Shown here piece by piece: positions 59,239 through 64,000 of a stretch of 64,000 nucleotides of DNA. This stretch comes from Planctomycetales bacterium (lineage in GTDB: Bacteria; 4484-113), in the NCBI GenBank assembly GCA_037441675.1, contig JBBIRS010000003.1, positions 1 through 64,000 of the forward strand. Direction: 5' to 3'. Below the pieces are notes generated by a model. The model ran no database searches. It had not been told where the DNA came from and saw only the letters and a list, made by a program, of their open reading frames with translations. Each line of letters starts with the position of its first letter. Within the stretch, counting starts at the first letter, position 1. Position numbers and translations under genes: made by a program.

Positions 59239-60711
59239 ATGAACACTTTTTCCGCAAAGTTCATCGCAAAGAAGTCAGAGAATCTCTCTCAATGGTACAC
59301 AGACGTAATCGCGCAGGCAGAGCTTGCAGATTATGCACCGGTGCGAGGTTGTATGGTTTATAGACCGTACGGTTACGCCATTTGGGAGAGGGTGAAAACA
59401 CTGCTTGACAGGCGCATAAAGGCAACAGGCGCAGAGGAAGCGTATTACCCACTTTTTATCCCGCGCTCATTTTTGCAACGTGAAGCAAGCCATGTGAAGG
59501 GTTTTTCCCCGGAAGTGGCATGGGTTACACATGGTGGCGGTGAAGAACTTTCAGAACCTCTTGCGGTTAGACCAACTTCAGAGGCGATTATTGGTGTAAT
59601 GTGGTCAAAGTGGATACAGTCATACCGAGACCTCCCGATAATGCATAACCAGTGGTGCAATGTGGTTCGTTGGGAGAAGGCAACGAGACCCTTCTTAAGA
59701 ACGCTAGAATTTCTCTGGCAGGAGGGGCATACCGCCCACAGAACCGAGCAAGAAGCGAGAGAAGAAACGATGAAGATACTCGAAGTTTATCGGAGCTTTG
59801 CCAGCGATGATTTGCTTTTATCGGTTCTTTCTGGGAAGAAGAGCGAATCCCAGAAATTCGCCGGCGCGGTTGAGACTTACACGATTGAGGCGGTTATGCC
59901 CGATGGAAAAGCCTTACAGTCGGGCACGAGTCATTTTCTCGGTCAAAATTTTTCCACCGCTTTTAACATCAAGTTCTTAGATGATGACGATATTGAGAAG
60001 TTCGTTTGGACCACAAGCTGGGGCGTTTCTCACAGGATAGTTGGCGGTCTAATTATGAGCCATGGCGATGATTCGGGCATTATTCTTCCGCCAAAGGTTG
60101 CACCGATCCAAGTGGTCATTGTTCCAATAATTTTCGATGAGAACAAATCTCAAATCCTTGAAACTGCGGAAAAGCTGGTGAAAATTCTTCAGAGAGGCGA
60201 GTATCAGGAGGAGAAGCTTCGCGTCAAGGCAGACCTTGATGAAACAACAAAGCCAGGTTTTAAGTTTGCTCACTGGGAGCTCAAGGGCGTTCCCATTCGC
60301 CTGGAGTTAGGGCCAAAGGACGTTGCCAATTCTCAACTTATTGCGGTTCCTAGAGACACAAGGCAAAAGGTTCCGCTTAAATTTGATCTTAGCTCCGCAA
60401 CTTTTGAATTTGATTCACTTTACCGATTGCTTGATGAATATGCTGGGAGGCTAAAATTAAGAGCCAAAGAGGAATTGGAAAAAAGGATAACCGAAACTGA
60501 TAACTATAACGATCTCAAGGAGTTCATAAGCTCCGGAAGGGGCTTGGTGCTCGCTGGCTGGGATGGTTTGACTGAAACGGAAGATATGGTGAAGGCGGAA
60601 ACATCGGCAACTATCCGCGTCTTGAAAAATAGCGTGAGTTCTGATAGTGTAAAATGTATCTATTCTGGTAGGCCCGCAAAGTATTTAGCGTACTGGGGTC
60701 TTGCCTATTGA
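59239..60711 (+). CDS. proS: Proline--tRNA ligase (archaeal/eukaryote-like type without INS domain)
   Basis: VRPTSE, QWCNVVRWE, PFLRTLEFLWQEGHT, LQSGTSHFLGQNF, TSWGVS, C-terminal AY. Confidence 0.96.
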   Translation: MNTFSAKFIAKKSENLSQWYTDVIAQAELADYAPVRGCMVYRPYGYAIWERVKTLLDRRIKATGAEEAYYPLFIPRSFLQREASHVKGFSPEVAWVTHGGGEELSEPLAVRPTSEAIIGVMWSKWIQSYRDLPIMHNQWCNVVRWEKATRPFLRTLEFLWQEGHTAHRTEQEAREETMKILEVYRSFASDDLLLSVLSGKKSESQKFAGAVETYTIEAVMPDGKALQSGTSHFLGQNFSTAFNIKFLDDDDIEKFVWTTSWGVSHRIVGGLIMSHGDDSGIILPPKVAPIQVVIVPIIFDENKSQILETAEKLVKILQRGEYQEEKLRVKADLDETTKPGFKFAHWELKGVPIRLELGPKDVANSQLIAVPRDTRQKVPLKFDLSSATFEFDSLYRLLDEYAGRLKLRAKEELEKRITETDNYNDLKEFISSGRGLVLAGWDGLTETEDMVKAETSATIRVLKNSVSSDSVKCIYSGRPAKYLAYWGLAY

Positions 60712-60730
60712 TGGTATATTGGGTATTTTG

Positions 60731-61909
60731 ATGAGGTGGAAAATGAAAATTGCTCAGGTAATTGGCTTATTGAGTCTTTTCTTACTGTTGTTTTCTATAT
60801 CAATGCGCACCATTGCAATAGCGCAGGACACTGGCGCCAAGGGCTGGGAACTTGAGTACTCGGCTGAGGTTGCAGCGGAAAAGCTACTTAAGTCCGTCGT
60901 CTTAGTTGAGACTCGGTTTGATAAACCTAGGAACGATGACAAGTATCTTCCCTGGGCTTACTTCCGTGGAGGTAGACCACTTAAGGGTCTTTACGGTTCT
61001 GGTTTTGTTTACAAAGACCCAAGGTATGTGATTACGAATTATTTTATTCTAGATAACGCAGAGTATATAAGAGTAGTGACCTGGGACGGCAAAGCCTATC
61101 CGGCAAAGTTAAAGGCAAAGAGTGAACCTTTCCGCATTGCGGTTTTAGAGGTGGATTGGGGACCGAATGCGGATGTTGTTCCCGTCAAATTAGCTTCGCC
61201 TGATGATTTAGCTGTAGGTGAACCCATTTCCATCACTGGACGCTCGGAGACTGGGAGGGACTACGTGAGCACAGTTGGTGTAATTTCCGCAATTAGAAAA
61301 CAAATCCCCACAGTTGAAGTTCCAACGGAAGAGTTCATTCAGTTTGACGCCGCTTTCTCCCTTCCAATGACTGGAGCGCCACTGGTAAACGTCCGCGGTG
61401 AGGTGGTTGGAATGGTTTCAGGCACGGTGACGGAGTTTGGAGGTTCAAACATCAACCTCGCAGTGCCTGTCGGCGATTTAGAAATGATTGCGGATAGGAT
61501 TATTGCGGGCAAAACTGAAACTCCGTGGAGTGGTATGGAAGGAATGGTTTTAACGCCTCAAATCAGAATGTTAAACAAAATCCCAGAGAGAATCTCTCAA
61601 GGGCTGTTTGTCACCTACGTTGAACCTGGAAGTCCCGCTGACATTTCGGGATTAAAGCCCGCAGATGTTATCCTCAGCCTTGATGATACCACTATCACTC
61701 AGGTGTTTGACTATAACGCATTTATGCGCAGAGTTGAAGTTGGACAAGTCATACACATAAAATATTGGCGATTTGTTCCAGGAGTTTCAGATAATCCCAG
61801 CGCAACCGGTGGCGACATTTTTGAAACGGTTATGCAGATAGTGCCTGCTCCAGAAGAGGGAGAAGAAGGATCTTCTTCCTCTAGCTCTGGCTCGTACCAT
61901 CATCATTAA
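60731..61909 (+). CDS. HtrA/S1C-like protein with PDZ, catalytically dead (start 60731 or 60743)
   Basis: GSGFVY, ITNYFIL (His to Phe), PFRIAVL (Asp to Arg), DAAFSLPMTGAPL (GNSGG lost); signal peptide; acidic/Ser/His tail. Confidence 0.88.
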   Translation: MRWKMKIAQVIGLLSLFLLLFSISMRTIAIAQDTGAKGWELEYSAEVAAEKLLKSVVLVETRFDKPRNDDKYLPWAYFRGGRPLKGLYGSGFVYKDPRYVITNYFILDNAEYIRVVTWDGKAYPAKLKAKSEPFRIAVLEVDWGPNADVVPVKLASPDDLAVGEPISITGRSETGRDYVSTVGVISAIRKQIPTVEVPTEEFIQFDAAFSLPMTGAPLVNVRGEVVGMVSGTVTEFGGSNINLAVPVGDLEMIADRIIAGKTETPWSGMEGMVLTPQIRMLNKIPERISQGLFVTYVEPGSPADISGLKPADVILSLDDTTITQVFDYNAFMRRVEVGQVIHIKYWRFVPGVSDNPSATGGDIFETVMQIVPAPEEGEEGSSSSSSGSYHHH

Positions 61910-61918
61910 TAAATGAAA

Positions 61919-62033
61919 TCCCCCTGTAGTGAGGGTTCACACTGTAGTGCGGAGGGCTTGCCCCGCCGTCGCCTCATTCAGAATGTAGGGCGGTCACAGG
62001 TTTCCTTCGCGGTGAAACCATACTACAGAGGGG
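61919..62033. repeat. Composite REP-like repeat
   Basis: Three GTAG-headed units (ctgtagtgagg, ctgtagtgcggagggcttgcc, gtagggcggtc) and a closing ctacag. Confidence 0.7.
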
Positions 62034-62157
62034 ATCAGAGAGAGAAGTTAATAGCGCTCGGAAGAATCAATATCTGCGTTAGTGTTTCATACTGATATAA
62101 TTTACACAAGCAATTTATGCATTCTTGAGAACGGAGCGCTCGTAATGGGAGCGGTAT

Positions 62158-63495
62158 ATGAATAATTATCTTGAATTTCTGAGAAAGACGGATCCGGAGA
62201 TTTACTGCGTAGTGGTGCGAGAGTATTATCGTCAGCATAAGAATTTAGAGCTTATCGCGTCTGAGAATTTTGTCTCCCGTGCTGTTCTTGAGACGATGGG
62301 CACCTGCCTCACAAACAAATATGCGGAAGGATATCCCGGCAAACGCTACTACGGAGGGTGCGAGTATGTGGACATGGCGGAGAGGCTGGTGCGAAAGCGA
62401 GCCAAGGCACTTTTCGGTTGCGAGCATGTGAATGCACAGCCTCATGCAGGCGCGCAGGCGAATATGGCGGTTTATATGGCTTTGATGGCGCCCGAGGACG
62501 TCCTTCTCGGAATGAATTTATCCCATGGCGGGCATTTAACACATGGCCACCCGCTGAACTTTTCCGGAAAGTATTTCACTGTGGTTCCTTACGGCGTTGA
62601 TAGGGAAAGTGAAACCATTGATTATGACGAGCTTAGAAGGCTTGCCAACGAGCATAAGCCGAAGCTCATAATGGCTGGTGCATCCGCGTATCCTCGTATC
62701 ACTCATTACGATAAGTTTCGTGAAATTGCTGATGAGGTTGGGGCATACTTAGTCTCGGATATTGCGCATATTGCGGGGTTAATTGTGGCGGGACTTCATC
62801 CTAATCCCGTTCCCTACTGCCATGTGGTAACTAGCACTATTCACAAGACGATGCGCGGTCCTCGCTCTGGAATGATTATGTGCGTGAAGGACTTGAAGAA
62901 GGAAATAGACAAAGCGGTCTTCCCGGGCGTTCAGGGTGGACCACTTATGCATATAATTGCGGCGAAGGCGGTCTGCTTGAAGGAGGCGATGACGGAGGAG
63001 TTTAGAGAGTATCAGAGGCAGATTGTGAGGAATGCACAGGCTTTGGCGAAGGCTTTTATCGAGCGTGGATTTCGCCTTGTCTCAGGCGGAACGGATACGC
63101 ACCTTATGCTTATAGATGTGAAAGCGAAGGGACTGCTTGGCGTGGAAGCACAGGAGAGGCTTGATGAAGTGAATATTACGGTGAATAAAAACGCAATTCC
63201 CTTTGACACGGAACCTCCAATGAAGGCAAGCGGGATAAGGATTGGCACGCCCGCGGTTACGACTCGCGGGATGAAGGAACCTGAGATGGAAGTTATTGCG
63301 GAGCTTATAACTCGAGCGCTATTGGGGAAGCGCACTGAAGAAGAAACTAAGGACATTCGTGCAAAGGTTGAGGAGCTCACGAGTTCCTTCCCTCTATACG
63401 AGTGGGCTTGGAAGGACGCGCTTTCGGAGGTGGAAGAGCTTGAGGCTGAGTGGGCACTTGCCAAAGAAGATGAAAAATTAGAAGTTGAAGTGTAG
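62158..63495 (+). CDS. glyA: Serine hydroxymethyltransferase
   Basis: [59 protein letters not shown]. Confidence 0.97.
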   Translation: MNNYLEFLRKTDPEIYCVVVREYYRQHKNLELIASENFVSRAVLETMGTCLTNKYAEGYPGKRYYGGCEYVDMAERLVRKRAKALFGCEHVNAQPHAGAQANMAVYMALMAPEDVLLGMNLSHGGHLTHGHPLNFSGKYFTVVPYGVDRESETIDYDELRRLANEHKPKLIMAGASAYPRITHYDKFREIADEVGAYLVSDIAHIAGLIVAGLHPNPVPYCHVVTSTIHKTMRGPRSGMIMCVKDLKKEIDKAVFPGVQGGPLMHIIAAKAVCLKEAMTEEFREYQRQIVRNAQALAKAFIERGFRLVSGGTDTHLMLIDVKAKGLLGVEAQERLDEVNITVNKNAIPFDTEPPMKASGIRIGTPAVTTRGMKEPEMEVIAELITRALLGKRTEEETKDIRAKVEELTSSFPLYEWAWKDALSEVEELEAEWALAKEDEKLEVEV

Positions 63496-63612
63496 GGTAA
63501 TTACTGAAAGTAGGTGAAAGAGGTCGTTATCCCATACTAGTAATATCGTCGCGCACCTGCTTGTTTCAAATGCATTCCAGACTTTGTGATGAACCACTTC
63601 TTTCCGAGAGTA

Positions 63613-63741
63613 TTTCAGTAAGCGGAGAAACTTTTCCATAGTTAATCCGGAGGCACTGATAAGCGTGCACATCCTCCCATACGTAAGTTCTTTGTTGATC
63701 GGGATTGGAAGATTTGCACTTACGCATTTTATAGCTTCAGT
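63613..63741 (-). pseudogene. Remnant of a HicA-family toxin gene
   Basis: VSANLPIPINKELTYGRMCTLISASGLTMEKFLRLLK resembles the HicA C-terminus (IP.H.EL..G.L..I...AGLT.EEF..LL); N-terminus and GSH motif not recoverable. Confidence 0.5.
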
Positions 63742-63877
63742 TCAATTTTGAGCTTTATCAAGCCAGGATTTTGCGTTCGCTATATCGCGATAGTTTTACG
63801 TCTATCATAAAACATCGACTATTAAAATTTTTTGGGAATCTGTCTAGGTAAAGTTTTTTTGTTTGAGGAAGCTGGAA

Positions 63878-64000
63878 ATGAAAGCCATTTTTAGTACTTT
63901 TATTTTTTGAGTCTGTTTTTGCTACTCTATCCTACCGTTTCTTTTGCAGGGCAGTACAGCGAACTAATTAAACAGATCACAGACCAAGTTGCAAAGTTCA
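63878..64000 (+). CDS. Exported protein, 5' end only (runs off the window)
   Basis: GAGG RBS; MKAIFSTFIFLSLFLLLYPTVSFA-GQYSELIKQ signal peptide. Confidence 0.75.

Noticed and set aside
25452..62033. CRISPR array interpretation of the recurring palindromic repeats
   Set aside because: The repeats are dispersed, degenerate and modular, not tandem identical repeats with unique equal-length spacers, and no cas genes are present.
1..64000. Genome-wide stop-codon reassignment (TGA or TAG), suggested by in-frame TGA at 397 and about 29025 and TAGs in the VOC genes
   Set aside because: Many intact conserved genes end at TGA (mtnA, feoB, proS, rodA) or TAG (selA, glyA, thiC) at the expected positions. 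The interrupted VOC and 28.5-29.1 kb genes also carry frameshifts and other lesions.

Overview
Bacterial chromosomal window using the standard code (TAA, TAG and TGA all act as stops). The organism is probably a diderm anaerobe or facultative anaerobe: it has an LptD-like protein, selA, a hydrogenase maturation protease, feoAB and large multiheme cytochromes. Most of the window is housekeeping genes out of their usual operons (fabL, mtnA, metK, miaB, selA, mnmG, rpmF-acpP, thiC, hisC, rsmA, feoAB, rodA, pyrE, amrS, proS, glyA, tRNA-Tyr and tRNA-Gly). These are interleaved with decayed accessory genes and about 13 mosaic REP/REPIN-like intergenic repeats. The strongest candidates for new biology are: (1) a 29-heme lipoprotein cytochrome plus a 12-heme NapC/NirT-like membrane cytochrome, flanked by a giant dockerin/PKD/metalloprotease lipoprotein and a small acidic lipoprotein; (2) three clustered HtrA/PDZ paralogs, only one of which keeps the catalytic triad; (3) a normally fused membrane/spermidine-synthase-like protein split into two convergent genes; (4) a recurrent leaderless-gene signature. 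All calls come from reading motifs by eye; no database searches were run.
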